64,000 nt of DNA from Pristiophorus japonicus (GCF_044704955.1 NC_091984.1:145018001-145082000), one strand, 5' to 3'. Numbered from the stretch's first letter, positions 21,671 to 34,825 are shown. The notes: a model not told the origin generated them from the letters alone. A program made the numbers and translations.

Positions 21671-23004
21671 AAGACTGGAAAGCATGTCACAATAGACCGT
21701 TCTGATGTCACAACAAAATGCTCTGATGTCACAAGCACTTCCTCATGACATCATTAAACAGTTTCAATCCTCGACACATGAAAATCCCAATTTGGGGCAA
21801 TGCTGCTGGAAATGTCTGTGGGACACTCCCATTTCTACACCTTTTGCCACAAGTCTGTGGTGTGGAGGGCTGTCTATTCGGAAGAGCCAGCTGCTCAATC
21901 CAGCATGGTTGCCCAGGGGTGTGAATGTTGCCTTGTCCGTATGGTCTGTATCTCAGGTCTGGCCCTTCACCCCCAACACCCACCTTAAACTGACACACAC
22001 AGCGGGCAGGACTTATATGGGCACATGACCACCCCCCGCGGGACACATCACCACTGAGGGGTCATGTCCCCTGGCCTCACAATGGAAACCATGGCAACAC
22101 AGAAACCGCAGGGGTGGACCAATCACAGCAAAGTGGTACAGACTGTGTATTTGTGCCTGAGAGAGCAACGAGGAGAGAGCTTCAATCTATTTAACCCTTC
22201 GATCCCTGGCTGCTGTCTGAAAACTAAGCCCGAGTTGGCAGAGGCGGTGACTACATTATTCCCGCTATTATTCTGCGCCCTGCTCATTCATCTCAACCCC
22301 TGTGTTAATGTTTCTCTGATCAATGGTACTGCTCCCCACGGCAAATCCAACCAGAGAGATTTCTCAGCTGTGTGTGAAACATGGAGAAGCAGAGATGGGC
22401 ATGGACTGTGTGGGGGCACTAAAGGACCCACTGGCTCCGACCAATAATAAAACAGTCGGTAAGGACACGGTGAAAAGGGGGGGATGGGACCAGATGATGG
22501 GCCTGGGCAAGTCCGACAAGGAGGCTCTCCTGCCGGGGGGGTGAGAGCTGAGGAACATACCATTATTGTCCTGGTGGGGGGGGTAAGAGGAGGGGGAGAG
22601 GTGAGGAACATGCAGGTGTTGTCCTGGGTGGGGGGGATGGGGGGAGAAGAGCAGGAGAGTTGAGGAACATACAATTTTTGTCCCGGGGGGGTGGGGGAGA
22701 GGAGAGAGAGAGGTGAGGAACATACCATTAGAGAATAGGATTGACTGGCAGGAGTTCAAGCCAGGCAAACCTGACGAAGGTGCATTCATATACAACCGGA
22801 CATTTCACACTGACAGGCTGGGTGGCAGGGAACCCAGGCCCATTGATGTCATCACCATCTAATGTGATTCCTGGGAACAATACCCCGAGAGGTAACTCAG
22901 AGACACTGTCCCTTCACATTATTAAAGCACAGTCACGACTCAGTCCCAACCCAAACTGGTACAAAGCAGGAAATGGCTTTGCCATTGTCTTCCAGGAGTT
23001 AAGC

Positions 23005-23815
23005 CAGCCCTCAGTGCAGCCCCATCGACAGGGCGGCACTCCCTCAGTACTACCCCATCGACAGAGCGGCATCCCCTCAGTACCGCCCCACCGACAGAGC
23101 GGCACTCCCTCAGTGCAGCCCTATCGACAGTGCGGCACTCCCTCAGTAATGCCCCTCCGACAGTGCAGCAATCCCTCAGGACTGCCCCTCCGACAGTGCA
23201 GCACTCCCTCAGAACTGCCCCACTGACAATGCAGCACTCCCTCAGTACTGCCCCTCCGACAGTGCAGCACTCCCTCAGTGCTGTCCCTCCGACAGTGCAG
23301 CACTCCTTCAGTACTGCCCCTCTGACAGTACAGCACTCCCTCAGTACTGCCCATCTGACAGTGTGGCACTCCCTCAGTACTGCTCCTCCGACAGTGCAGC
23401 ACTCCCTCAGTACTGCCCCTCCGACAGTGCAGCAATCCCTCAGGACTGCCCCTCCAACAGTGCAGCACTCCCTCAGTACCGCCCCTCCGACAGTGCAGCA
23501 CTCCCTCAGTACTGCCCCACTCACAGAGCAGCACTCCCTCAGTACTGCCCCTCTGACAGTGTGGCACTCCCTCAGTATTGCTCCTCCGACAGTGCAGCAC
23601 TCCCTCAGGACTGCCCCTGTGACAGTGTGGCACTCCCTCAGTACTGCTCCTCCGACAGAGCAGCACTCCCTCAGTACTGCCCCTGTGACAGTGCAGCACG
23701 CCCTCAGTACTTCCCCTCTGACAGTGTGGCACTCCCTCAGTTCTGCCCCTCCGACAGTGCAGCACGCCCTCAGTACTGCCCCTCTGACAGTGCAGCACTC
23801 CCTCAGGACTGCACA
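23005..23815. repeat. 33-bp tandem repeat derived from the SINE core
   Basis: CAGTGCAGCACTCCCTCAGTACTGCCCCTCCGA about 24 times; same sequence inside SINEs at ~27352-27385 and ~36525-36560. Confidence 0.95.
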
Positions 23816-25448
23816 GTGGTGTATGTCTTTATTTTACACTCAGGTCCCTAGAGTGGGGCTTGAACCCACGATACAACATTGCATCACTGGATGCCGCACA
23901 GTCTGAGCTGTGAGTCATATCCCGACCTCAGTTGGAACAACTAACTCAGAACAAACAACAACAGCAACTTTTATACAGCACCTTTAACACAGTAAAACTC
24001 CCCGAGCGCTTCACAAGAGCGTTATAGAATAAAGATTGACAGCGAGCCACGTAAGGAGACATTGAAAATTGCAGCTCAGTCAAATTGTGAGGGAAATTGG
24101 CAGTGCTGTCTTCATATCAAAAGGGGGCGATGTTGGTTCTGAAAAGGCCAAATTTTTGGACAATTTCTGTGTCACTCAATTGATTGGTTTGTAAAACCCG
24201 TTTGGACCAAATCTCCAGTCAGGTTTGCAGAATCATTTCCAGTTCCCCACGTGTCATTTGATGGTGGATCTCAGCGGCATCTCCTCGTCCACTCGTGAGC
24301 CGGTGTCTCAGACCGATTGGCGGGTCAGCAGCCACTCCACACTGCAGCGAGCATCGGCAGGCTATTCCACTGTGGGAGGCCTCACCGCGGAGCTCGGTGC
24401 ATGGGGTATATCCACACAGAGACGCTCAGCCGCCAGGTACAGCTATAGCAACTGGAACATTAGAGCAACATCCCGAGGCAGCTGACAAGAGGCGTAATCT
24501 GGTCAAAGTGGTGCTGAGCCAAAGGGGGAGGGGCTGTGAGGGGGATCAAAACCCTCAGTCACAGATTGGGTTTGAAGGGAGGTCTTTAAAGAGGAGAGGG
24601 GTGGAGTGGCAGAGAGGTTTAGGGAGCAGGGAGTTAGGGCCCAGGCAGCTGAAGGCACGGCCCCCAATGGAGGGGGAAGGGAAGGGGGGATGGATAAGAA
24701 GCCTGAGCCAGATACAGCGGCCCCTGAACACAACAACAACTTGCATTTATAAAGCGAGTGTTGTGACAATGACAGACAGCGAGAATATAACCCAGATAAT
24801 GTAACACAGTATTTGCAGCACTTGACACTGTGGGGAAAGCTGTCATTTTAAATCCATGAGCTGTACATAAGCGAGAGCAGGACCTGTTTGTGACCGGTGC
24901 GGAGATCACCACTTACAGAAGGTAGTTACTGCAGGGAATTCAGGGCCACAGTGACCTCCTGGACTAGTTTCCATCGCCCGGGGGTGGGTGGGCGTCGGAG
25001 AGGAGTTTCTCAGATTTATTTCCCCCCAATGGGTTTTTTCCCTGGTTTTTCGCCTCTCCCAGGAGATCAGGTAGTTTTGGGTGGGGTGGAGAGTCTATAC
25101 TGTGATACGCAAGGTATCACAATTGTGTGGGTCGGGCTGGATGGACCACAGGGTCTTTACCTGTCCGTCACTGTCCGCAGGTTTGGGTTTCAAAGATGTG
25201 GAGCTGAATTGGAAAGAAAGACTTGCATTTATGTAGCGCCTTTCACCACCTCAGGACGTCCCAAAGCACTTTACAGCCAATGAAGTACTTTTGAAGTGTT
25301 GTCACTGCGGTAATGGAGGAGACACGACAGACAGTTTGTGCACAGCAAGCTCCCACATGTGACTATGACCAGATAATGGGCCCAAATTGCGTATCGCCCC
25401 TATTGGGGCGGTAACTTTTCCCACGCCCATTCCCACCCCGGAAACGAA

Positions 25449-26350
25449 ACGGCTCACGGGGAGCGGACACGGCTCACGGGGTGTGGACACGGCTCACGGT
25501 GTGCGGCCACGGTTCACGGGGCGAGGACACGGCTCACGGGGCGCGGACACGACTCACGGGGTGCGGACACGGTTCACGGGGCGAGGACACGGCTCACGGG
25601 GCGCGGACACGACTCACGGGGTGCGGACACGGGTCACGGGGTGTGGACACGGCTCACGGGCTGCGGCCACGGCTCACGGGCTGCGGCCACGGTTCACGGG
25701 GCGAGGACACGGCTCACGGGGCGCGGACACGACTCACGGGGCGCGGACACGGGTCACGGGGCGCGGTCACGGCTCACGGGTCGTGGACACGACTCCCGGG
25801 GCGAGGACACGGCTCACGGGGCGCGGTCACGGCTCACGGGGCGCGGTCACGGCTCACGGGGCGCGGTCACGGCTCCCGGGGCGCGGTCACGACTCACGGG
25901 GCGCGGTCACGACTCACGGGGCGCGGTCACGGCTCACGGGGCGTGGACACGGCTCACGGGTCGTGGACACGGCTCACGGGGCGAGGACACGACTCCCGGG
26001 GCGTGGACACGGCTCACGGGTCGTGGACACGGCTCACGGGGCGAGGACACGGCTCACGGGGCGAGGACACGGCTCACGGGGCGAGGACACGGCTCACGGG
26101 GCGAGGACACGGCTCACGGGGCGAGGACACGACTCACGGGGCGAGGACACGGCTCACGGGGCGTGGACACGGCTCACGGGGCGAGGACACGACTCACGGG
26201 GCGTGGACACGACTCACGGGGCGAGGACACGACTCACGGGGCGAGGACACGGCTCACGGAGCGTGGACACGACTCACGGGGCGAGGACACGACTCACGGA
26301 GCGAGGACACGGCTCACGGGGCGTGGACACGACTCACGGGGCACGGACAC
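25449..26350. repeat. 20-bp CpG-rich minisatellite
   Basis: GGACACGGCTCACGGGGCG(A/C/T) about 45 times. Confidence 0.97.
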
Positions 26351-26413
26351 AGAAAACAATGTGATAATCTGTTCTTTTGTCATGTTGATTCAGGGATAAA
26401 TATTGGCCGGGAC

Positions 26414-27251
26414 GTATAATGTGGATAATGTGGATAAATGTGAGGTTATCCACTTTGGTGGTAAAAACAGAGAGACAGACTATTATCTGAATGGTGACAG
26501 ATTAGGAAAAGGGAAGGTGCAAAGAGACCTGGGTGTCATGGTACATCAGTCATTGAAGGTTGGCATGCAGGTGCAGCAGGCGGTTAAGAAAGCAAATGGC
26601 ATGTTGGCCTTCATAGCGAGGGGATTTGAGTACAGGGGCAGGGAGGTGTTGCTACAGTTGTACAGGGCCTTGGTGAGGCCACACCTGGAGTATTGTGTAC
26701 AGTTTTGGTCTCCTAACCTGAGGAAGGACATTCTTGCTATTGAGGGAGTGCAGCGAAGGTTCACCAGACTGATTCCCGGGATGGCGGGACTGACCTATCA
26801 AGAAAGACTGGATCAACTGGGCTTGTATTCACTGGAGTTCAGAAGAATGAGAGGGGACCTCATAGAAACATTTAAAATTCTGACGGGGTTAGACAGGTTA
26901 GATGCAGGAAGAATGTTCCCAATGTTGGGGAAGTCCAGAACCAGAGGTCACAGTCTAAGGATAAGGGGTAAGCCATTTAGGACCGAGATGCGGAGGAACT
27001 TCTTCACCCAGAGAGTGGTGAACCTGTGGAATTGTCTACCACAGAAAGTTGTTGAGGCCAATTCACTAAATATATTCAAAAAGGAGTGAGATGAGGTCCT
27101 TACTACTAGGGGGATCAAGGGGTACGGCGAGAAAGCAGGAATGGGGTACTGAAGTTGAATGTTCAGCCATGAACTAATTGAATGGCGGTGCAGGCTAGAA
27201 GGGCCGAATGGCCTACTCCTGCACCTATTTTCTATGTTTCTATGTTTCTAT
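26414..27251 (+). mobile_element. 5'-truncated young CR1 (same subfamily as 9747-14278)
   Basis: Near-identical RT C-terminus and (TTTCTATG)n tail; GGGAC TSD. Confidence 0.95.
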
Positions 27252-27599
27252 GGGACACCCGGGAGAATGCCCCTGTTCTCCTTCAAAATAGTGGCATGGG
27301 ATCATTAACATCCGCCTGAGAGAGCAGAAAAGCCTCTTGCCTGAAAGACATCCCCTCCGACAGTGCGGCACGACCTCAGTACTGCACTGGGACTGTCAGT
27401 CTAGATTTCTGAGCTTAGTATCTGGAGTGTGACCCACAACCTTCGGACTCAGAGACGAGTGTGATGCCCATTGAGCCACAGCTGACTGAGTTGAAAACTT
27501 AAGGCCCATTAATGGCCCATCGATGGTGTTCGCCCTCAGTGGCGTGAACAAATCCAGAAATTATGGCCTGAATGATGTAGGTCAGGCCATTATTTGCTT

Positions 27600-30500
27600 T
27601 TTTTAAATTGTAATTTATTTCTGCTAAGTTAGTTCTCAGTCTATTAAATAGAGGCATGGCAGGGCAGTTCTGTCCCATGGAGTGCACATCCTATGCCATG
27701 TGGGAAGTCCTGGACACTTCTCGTACCCTGGACAATCACATGTGCAGGAACTGTCACCAGTTACAGCAACTCGAGCTCTGCGTTTCAGAGATTGAGCGGC
27801 GGCTGGAGTGCAGCCGTGAGCTGAGAACTTCGTGGATAGCACGTTTCTAGAGGTGGCCACCCCGCAGCTTAAGGGTGTGCAGGCAGAGAGGGAATGGGTG
27901 ACCACCAGACAGAAGAGGAGGTCCAGGCAGGTAGTGCAGGAGTCCCCCGAGTCCATCTCGCTATCCAACCAGTATTGTGTTCTGAGTACTGGTGGGGGCG
28001 ATGGTGCCTCTCGGAAGTGCAGCCAGAGCCAAGTCCATGGTACCACGGGTGGCTCAGCTGCACAGCAGGGAGGAAGAAGAGTGGAAGAGCAATAGTGTTA
28101 GGGGATTCGATAGTTAGGGGAACAGACAGGCATTTCTGCGGCCGCAGACGTGACTCCAGGATGGTATGTTGCCTGCCTGGTGCCTGGGTCAAGGATGTCA
28201 CTGAGTGGCTGCAGTACATTCTGAGCAGGGAGGGTGAACAGCCAGAGGTTGTGGTCCATATCGATACAAATAACATTGGTAGAAAGAGGGATAAGGTCCT
28301 ACAGGCAGAGTTTAGGGAGCTAGGAGAGAGATTAAACAGTAAGACCTCAAAGGTAGTAATCTCCGGATTACTCCCGGTGCCACGTGCTAGTGAGTACAGA
28401 AATAGGAGGATAGAGCAGATGAATGCGTGGCTGGAGAGATGGTGCAGGAGGGAGAGCTTTAGTTTCCTGAGGCATTGGGACCGTTTCTGAGGGAGGTGGG
28501 ACCTGTACAAGCCGGACGGGTTACACCTCAACAGAGCCGGGACCAATATCCTCGCGGGGGGAGTTTGCTAGTGTTGTTGGGAGGGTTTAAACTAGCTTGG
28601 TAGGGGGATGGGAACCGGAGAATGGATTCAGTGGGGAGAGAAGCAAAGCTGGAATTGGAAAGCAGAAAAGTAGAAAGTGAATTTAGAATATAGAGGAAAC
28701 AAAGCCTAGAAAATAGACAACAAGGCAGTTTGACAGTGCTAAATGGTATATACTTCAATGCAAGGAGTATAGGGAATAAGGCAGATGAGCTGAGAGCACA
28801 GATAGACACTTGGGAGTCCGATATTTTAGCTATTACTGAGACATGGCTGAAAGAAGGGCAGGTATGGCAGCTCAACATTCCTGGTTACAGGGTTTTCAGA
28901 CGGGATAGAGAGGGGGTAAAAAAGGAGAGGGTGCTGAATCAATTGAAAGAAACAATTACAGCTGTGAGGAGGGATGATATATCGGAAGGATCATCAAATG
29001 AGGCCATATAGGTCGAATTGAAGAACGGAACAGGGGTAATCACACTGCTGGGAGTGTACTATAGACCCCCAAACAGTCAGAGGGAGAGAGAAGAGCAAAT
29101 ATGCAGGCACATTTCTGATAAGTGCAAAAACTATAGGGCAGTAATAGTAGGGGATTTCAACTATCCTAATATTAACTGGGATAAAATTAGTGTGAAAAGT
29201 ATAGACGGCACGGAATTCCTAAAATTAATTCAGCAGAACTTTTTTAGCCAGTATGTAACAAGCCCAACAAGGGAGGGGACGGTTCTGGACTTGGTTTTGG
29301 GGAATGTGGAGGGGCAGGTGGAAGGGGTATCAGTGGGAGAGCATTTTGGTGCCAGTGATCACAATTCAGTTAGATTTAGGGTAGTTATGGAAAAGGACAA
29401 AGATAGACCAGGAATAAAGGTTCTCAATTGGGGAAAAGCCAATTTTGCTGAGCTGAGATGAGATTTGGCCAAAGTGGACTGGAAATGGCTACTTGAAGGT
29501 AAATCAGTGTCAGAGCAGTGGGAGGCATTCAAGGAGGAAATCCTGTGGTTTCAGAGTAAGTCTGTTCCCTTAAAGGAAAATGTGGGGCTAACAAATCTAG
29601 AGGCCCCTGGATGTCAAGAGAAATACAGTGTAGGATAAAGTAAAAAAGGGAGGCTTATGACAGATACCGAGGGCTCAATACTGCAGGAACTTTAGAGGAG
29701 TATAGAAAGTGCAGGGGTGCAATTAAAAAGGAAATTAGGAAAGCAAAGAGAGAGCATGAAAACATTTTGGCAAGTAAAATCAAGGAAAACCCAAAGATGT
29801 TTTATAAATACATTAAGAGCAAGAGAATAATTAAAGAAAGAGTAGGGCCTAATTGTCGGCGTAGGTGTGATGCAGACATTGCAATCAGGGAGGAGGAGTG
29901 TGAAATATTAGATGAAATTAACATAGTGAGAGAGGAAGTATTAAGGGGCTCAGCAGCTTTGAAGTTGGATAAATCCCCCAGTCCGAATTAAATGTATCCC
30001 AAGCTGTTAAGAGGATCAAAAGAGGAAATAGCAGAGGCTCTGACCAAAACTTTCCAATCCTCTTTGGCGACAGGTGTGGTGCCGGAGGACTGCTAATGTG
30101 GTACCTTTGTTTAAATAGGGAGAAAGGGATAGACCGAGTAATTATAGAGCAGTCAGCCTAACTTCATGGTGGGAAAATTATTGGAAGAAATTCTGAGAGA
30201 CAGGTTAAAACTTCATTTAGAAAGACTCGGATTAATCAAGGAGTCAGCATGGATTTGTTAAGGGAAGATCGTCTCTGACTAACTTAATTGAATTAATCGA
30301 GGCAGTAATAAGGAAGGTCGAAGAGGGCAGTGCGTATGATGTAGTGTACATGGATTTTATCAAGACTTTTGAAAAGGTCCCAAATGGTAGACTGGTCACG
30401 AAAGTAAAAGCCCATGCGATCCAGGGCAAAGTTGCAAGTTGGATCCAAAATTAGCTCAGAGGCAGGAAGCAAAGGGTAATGGTTGATGGGTGTTTTTGTG

Positions 30501-30870
30501 ACTGGAAGGCTGTTTCCAGTGGGGTTCCACAGGGCTCAGTACAAGGTCCCTTGCTTTTTGTGGTATTTATCACTGATTTAGACTTAAATGTCGGGGTATG
30601 ATGTAGAAGTTTGTAGATGATACTAAAATCGGCCGAGTGGCTGATAATGAAGAAGAAAGCTGCAGACTGCAGGAAGATATCAATGAAATGGTCAGGTGGG
30701 CAGAACAGTGGCATATCGAATTTAATCCAGAGATGTGTGAGGTAATGCATTTGGGGAGGTCAAACAAGGCAAGGGAATACACATTGAATGGCGGGACACT
30801 GAGAGGTGTAGAGGAACAAAGGGACCTTGGTTTGCATGTCCACAGATCCCTGAAGGTAGCAGGCCAGGTA
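27600..30870 (+). mobile_element. Degenerate near-full-length CR1 (second subfamily)
   Basis: ORF1 esterase (VLGDSIVRG, VVVHIDTN) and APE/RT remnants with many stops. Confidence 0.9.
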
Positions 30871-31306
30871 GATGGGTTTTTACGACAATCCGGCAGTTTC
30901 CTGGTCACCATTACTGACACTAATTTTTTATTCCAGATTTATTTAATTAACTGAATTTAAATTGCCAGTTGCCGTGGTGGGATTTGAACTCGTGTCTCTG
31001 GATCATTAGTCCAGGCCATAGTAGTCCATAGCTCTTTCAAAGAGCCAGCACAGGTTTGATGGGCCGAATGGCTTCCCTCTGTGCTGTGAGATGCTGTGAT
31101 TAAGAAGCGGGGCTCCAGCTAGCGTAGGCAATGTGGGTTCAAGGGTTGAAAGCAGGGGTTTGGGTGGAGCCCATATCGATGTACCACAAGGGGGCGCTAC
31201 AGCATCGATTGATCCAATTATTGGCAGCGGGGAAACCGGGGACGGAAATAGCTTCAATAAAATGTATGCTGTGACTTTTAAAGTGGTCAACACCACCAGC
31301 ACGATC

Positions 31307-32094
31307 ATAGAATCATAGGAAATTACAGCACGGAAGGAGGGCATTTCAGCCCATCGTGTCAGCACCGGCCAACAAAGAGCTACCCAGCCTAATCCCACTT
31401 TCCAGCTCTGGGTCTGTAGCCCTGTGGGTTATGGCACTTTAAGGGCACATCCAAGTACTTTTTAAATGTCGTGAGTGTTTCTGTCTCTACCACCCTTTCA
31501 GGCAGTGAGTTCCAGACCCCCACCACCCTCTGGGTGAAGAATTGTTTCCTCATCTCCCCTCTAAACCTTCCACCAATTACTTTAAATCTATGCCCCCTGG
31601 TTGTTGACCCCTCTGCTAAGGGAAATGGGTCCATTCTATCCACTCTATCCAGGTTCCTCATCATTTTATGCACCTCAATAAGGTCTCCCCTCAGCCTCCT
31701 CTGTTCCAAGGAAAACACCCCGAGCAGATCCAATCTTTCCTCATAGTTAAAATTCTCCAGTCCTGGCAACATCCTCGTGAATCTCCTCTGTACCCTCTCT
31801 AGTGCAATCACATCTTTCCTGTAATGTGGTGACCAGAACTGTATGCAGTACTCTAGCTGTGGCCTGACGAGTGTTTCATACAGTTCAAGCATAACCTCCC
31901 TGCTCTTATATTCTATACCTCGGCTAATAAAGGCAAGTATTCTGTATGCCTTTTTAACCGCCTTATCGACCTGGCCTGCTACCTTCAGGGATCTGTGGAC
32001 ATGCACTCCAAGGTCCCTCCGTTCCTCCACCCCTCTCAGTACCCTCCCATTTATTGTGTATTCCCTTGCCTTGTTGTCCCTCCCCAAATGCATT
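31307..32094 (-). mobile_element. CR1 3' portion, antisense
   Basis: RT C-terminal ORF 31389-32192 (ERRDLGVHVH, RPQLEYC, TRGHRFK). Confidence 0.9.
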
Positions 32095-32279
32095 AGAACA
32101 AGGCTGCAGTTAGAGCAGCCTTTCCACCCACTGACAGCACTCACTGAGTCTGACTCATGGCATCGATCAGCTGGACATTGATCTGGAAACACCAGCCCCC
32201 TGGTGAGGGAATCAAGGCTCTGATGCGACTGATAAAAGTCAAGATGAGGTTGTGGAGAGGTACACAGCTGCTGCTGGAC

Positions 32280-33810
32280 ACAATGAACAGGAGGAGGCCA
32301 TTCAGCCCCTTGAGCCTATTCCCCCATTCAATCAGATCACGGCTCATCTGTATCTGAACTCCATCTACCCGCCTTGGTTCCACAAGTTCCAAGACCTATA
32401 CTCTCTAGAGTTTAGAAGAATGAGAGGGGATCTTATTGAAACATACACAATTCTGACAGGGCTTTACAGGGTAGATGCAGGGAGGATGTTTCCTCTGGCT
32501 GGGGAGTCTGGAACCAGGTGTCACAGTCTCACAATAAGAGGTCGGCTATTTAGGTCTGAGATGAGGAGAAACCTCTTCACTCAGAGGGTGGTGAATCTCT
32601 GGAATTCTCTACCCCAGAGGGCTGTGGATGCTCAGTCTTTGAGTATATTCAAGACAGAGATTGATAGATTTTTGAATATTAAGGGAATCAAGGGATATGG
32701 GGACAGTGCAGGAAAGTGCAGAAGATCAGCCATGATCTCACTGAAGCGCAGAGCAGACTCGAGGGGCCGAATGGCCTACTCGTGCTCGGGAGGGGTGGAG
32801 GGGATGAGATGGGGGAGGAGGATCGTGTGTGATAGGGGTGCAGGAAGGTGGGGAGGGAGGGTGAGGGATGGAGTGTGAGGATGTCGGGAGTGAGGGAGGG
32901 GAGGGAGGGAGGCGGGAGCAGCTCGGGTGGCGGGGGGGAGGGTAGAGACCAACATGAGATTCCGGTTAAGCAATGCCTCGAGTTTTAAGGTTCTTATCCT
33001 TGTTTTCAAATCCCTTCATGGCCTCACCCTTCCCCATCTCTGTCATCTCCTCCAGCCCCACAACCCCCAGAGATGTCTGCGCTCCTCCAATTCTGCCCTC
33101 CTGAGCATCCCTGATTATAATCGCTCAACCATTGGTGGCCGTGCCTTCTGTTGCCGAGACCCCAAGCTCTGGAACTCCCTACTTAAACCTCGCCGCCTCT
33201 CTGCCTCTCTTTCCTTGTTCAAGACTCCGTAAAACTCCGTAAGATGCTCTTTGGTCACTTACACTAATTTCTTCTGATGTAACTCGGTGTCAAATTTTGT
33301 ATCTCATAATACTCCTGGGAAGTGCCTTGGGACGTTTCACTACGTTAAAAGCGCTATATAAATACAGGTTGTTGTCGTTGAATTGAGGCTGGTTCTCGTA
33401 TTGGACTGTTCAGTCACCTTACGACTCATATTAAGATTGGAAGCAAGTCTTCCTCGATTCCGAGGGACTGCCTATGATGGTGGCTGGGAAAGCACATTGT
33501 GAGGAGGACACTAAAAATCTGCAAAGGGATATAGACAGACTCAGTGAGTAGGCAAAACGTTGGCAGATGGAGTATAATGTGGAAAAATGTGAGGTTATCC
33601 ATTTGGCAGAAAGAATAGGAAAGCAATATATTTTTTAAAAGTACCTGCTGCAGTACAGAGGGACCTGGGTGTCCTGGTGCATGAAACACAAAAAGTTAGT
33701 ATGCAGGTACAGCAAGTGATCAGGAAAGCCAATGGAATGTTGTCCTTTATTGTAAGGGGGATGGAGTATAAAAGCAGAGAAGTCCTGCTACATCTGTACA
33801 GGGTATTGGT
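32280..33810. mobile_element. Patchwork of CR1 fragments and an L2 3' end (32960-33380, +)
   Basis: RRMRGDLIETY; L2-type FKVLILVFKSLHGL...LWNSL and tail GCGCTATATAAATACAGGTTGTTG. Confidence 0.75.
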
Positions 33811-33989
33811 GAGACTCCCTGAGAACACCCCCAGATCACCCTGATTCCCACCGTTCCACACAAGGTCAGCCCCTGATCATCCGCCCTGGTCACCCCTCCA
33901 CTCCCCTCCTCCCCCACATTCCCCTAAAGACCTCCGACATCCCCAGGAGCTGGAGCATCACCGCGGAGCACTCCTCAGGCCGACATAAC

Positions 33990-34003
33990 AGTGCTGGGTA
34001 ACA

Positions 34004-34037
<34 letters not shown>

Positions 34038-34615
34038 CAGAGGGTGCTGGGTAACATTCACACACACACACACACACACACACCTACAGAGGGTGCTGGG
34101 TAACAGTCACTAACACACACACACACCTACAGAGGGTGCTGGGTAACACTCACACACACACACACACACCTACAGAGGGTGCTGAGTAACAGTCACTAAC
34201 ACACACACACACACACCTACAGAGGGTGCTGGGTAACACTCACACACGCACACACACACACACACACACCTACAGAGGGTGCTGAGTAACAGTCACTAAC
34301 ACACACACACACACACCTACAGAGGGTGCTGGGTAACACTCACACACACACACCTACAGAGGGTGCTGGGTAACACTCACACACACACACCTACAGAGGG
34401 TGCTGGGTAACAGTCACTAACACACACACACACACACCTACAGAGGGTGCTGGGTAACAGTCACTAACACACACATACACACACCTACAGAGGGTGCTGG
34501 GTAACAGTCACACACACACCTACACACACACACCGATAGAGGGTGCTGGGTAACAGTCACACCACACACACACACACACACACACCTACAGGTGGTGCTG
34601 GGTAAGCCACACTAA
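33990..34615. repeat. Minisatellite with embedded variable (CA)n
   Basis: CCTACAGAGGGTGCTGGGTAACA(G/C)TCAC(TA)(AC)n about 14 times. Confidence 0.95.
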
Positions 34616-34786
34616 CACTCAGGGACATGTACACAATGATACACTGACTGCTCCTCTTCCTAAGCTGAGGCCTCACTCGGTACAGTTTTGTGCTGCTGCC
34701 ACGAGCCACATGTTAAGGAGAGAGAATGCAACGTTGTGACTGGGGCCTCCTGCCCCCAGATTGCCCCCAGCAGTCAGCACAGAGTG

Positions 34787-34825
34787 CACAGTGCGATCCC
34801 ACCATCGGGAGCTGCCCCAAAAACC
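34787..34825 (+). promoter_or_regulatory. Orphan 23-RSS downstream of Ck (KDE/RS-like)
   Basis: CACAGTG (34787-34793) + exactly 23 bp + CCAAAAACC (34817-34825, 8/9). Confidence 0.8.

Larger units (their letters stand above)
25215..27490 (-). mobile_element. tRNA-derived Deu-type SINE sequence interrupted by a minisatellite and a CR1
   Basis: SINE segments at 25215-25375, 26355-26413 and 27252-27490 are colinear with the intact copy at 36200-36662. Confidence 0.7.

Noticed and set aside
22940-23906. Long Cys/His-rich repetitive ORFs
   Set aside because: By-product of the 33-bp tandem repeat
24826-24832. CACTGTG heptamer between V and C as a possible J-RSS
   Set aside because: No nonamer at 12 or 23 bp and no J-like coding sequence
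25387-26419. Three overlapping 250-325 aa Arg/Gly/His ORFs
   Set aside because: The 20-bp repeat is open in all frames; no gene structure
33990-34615. CRISPR-like repeat-spacer appearance
   Set aside because: Spacers are only (CA)n of variable length; vertebrate DNA, no cas genes
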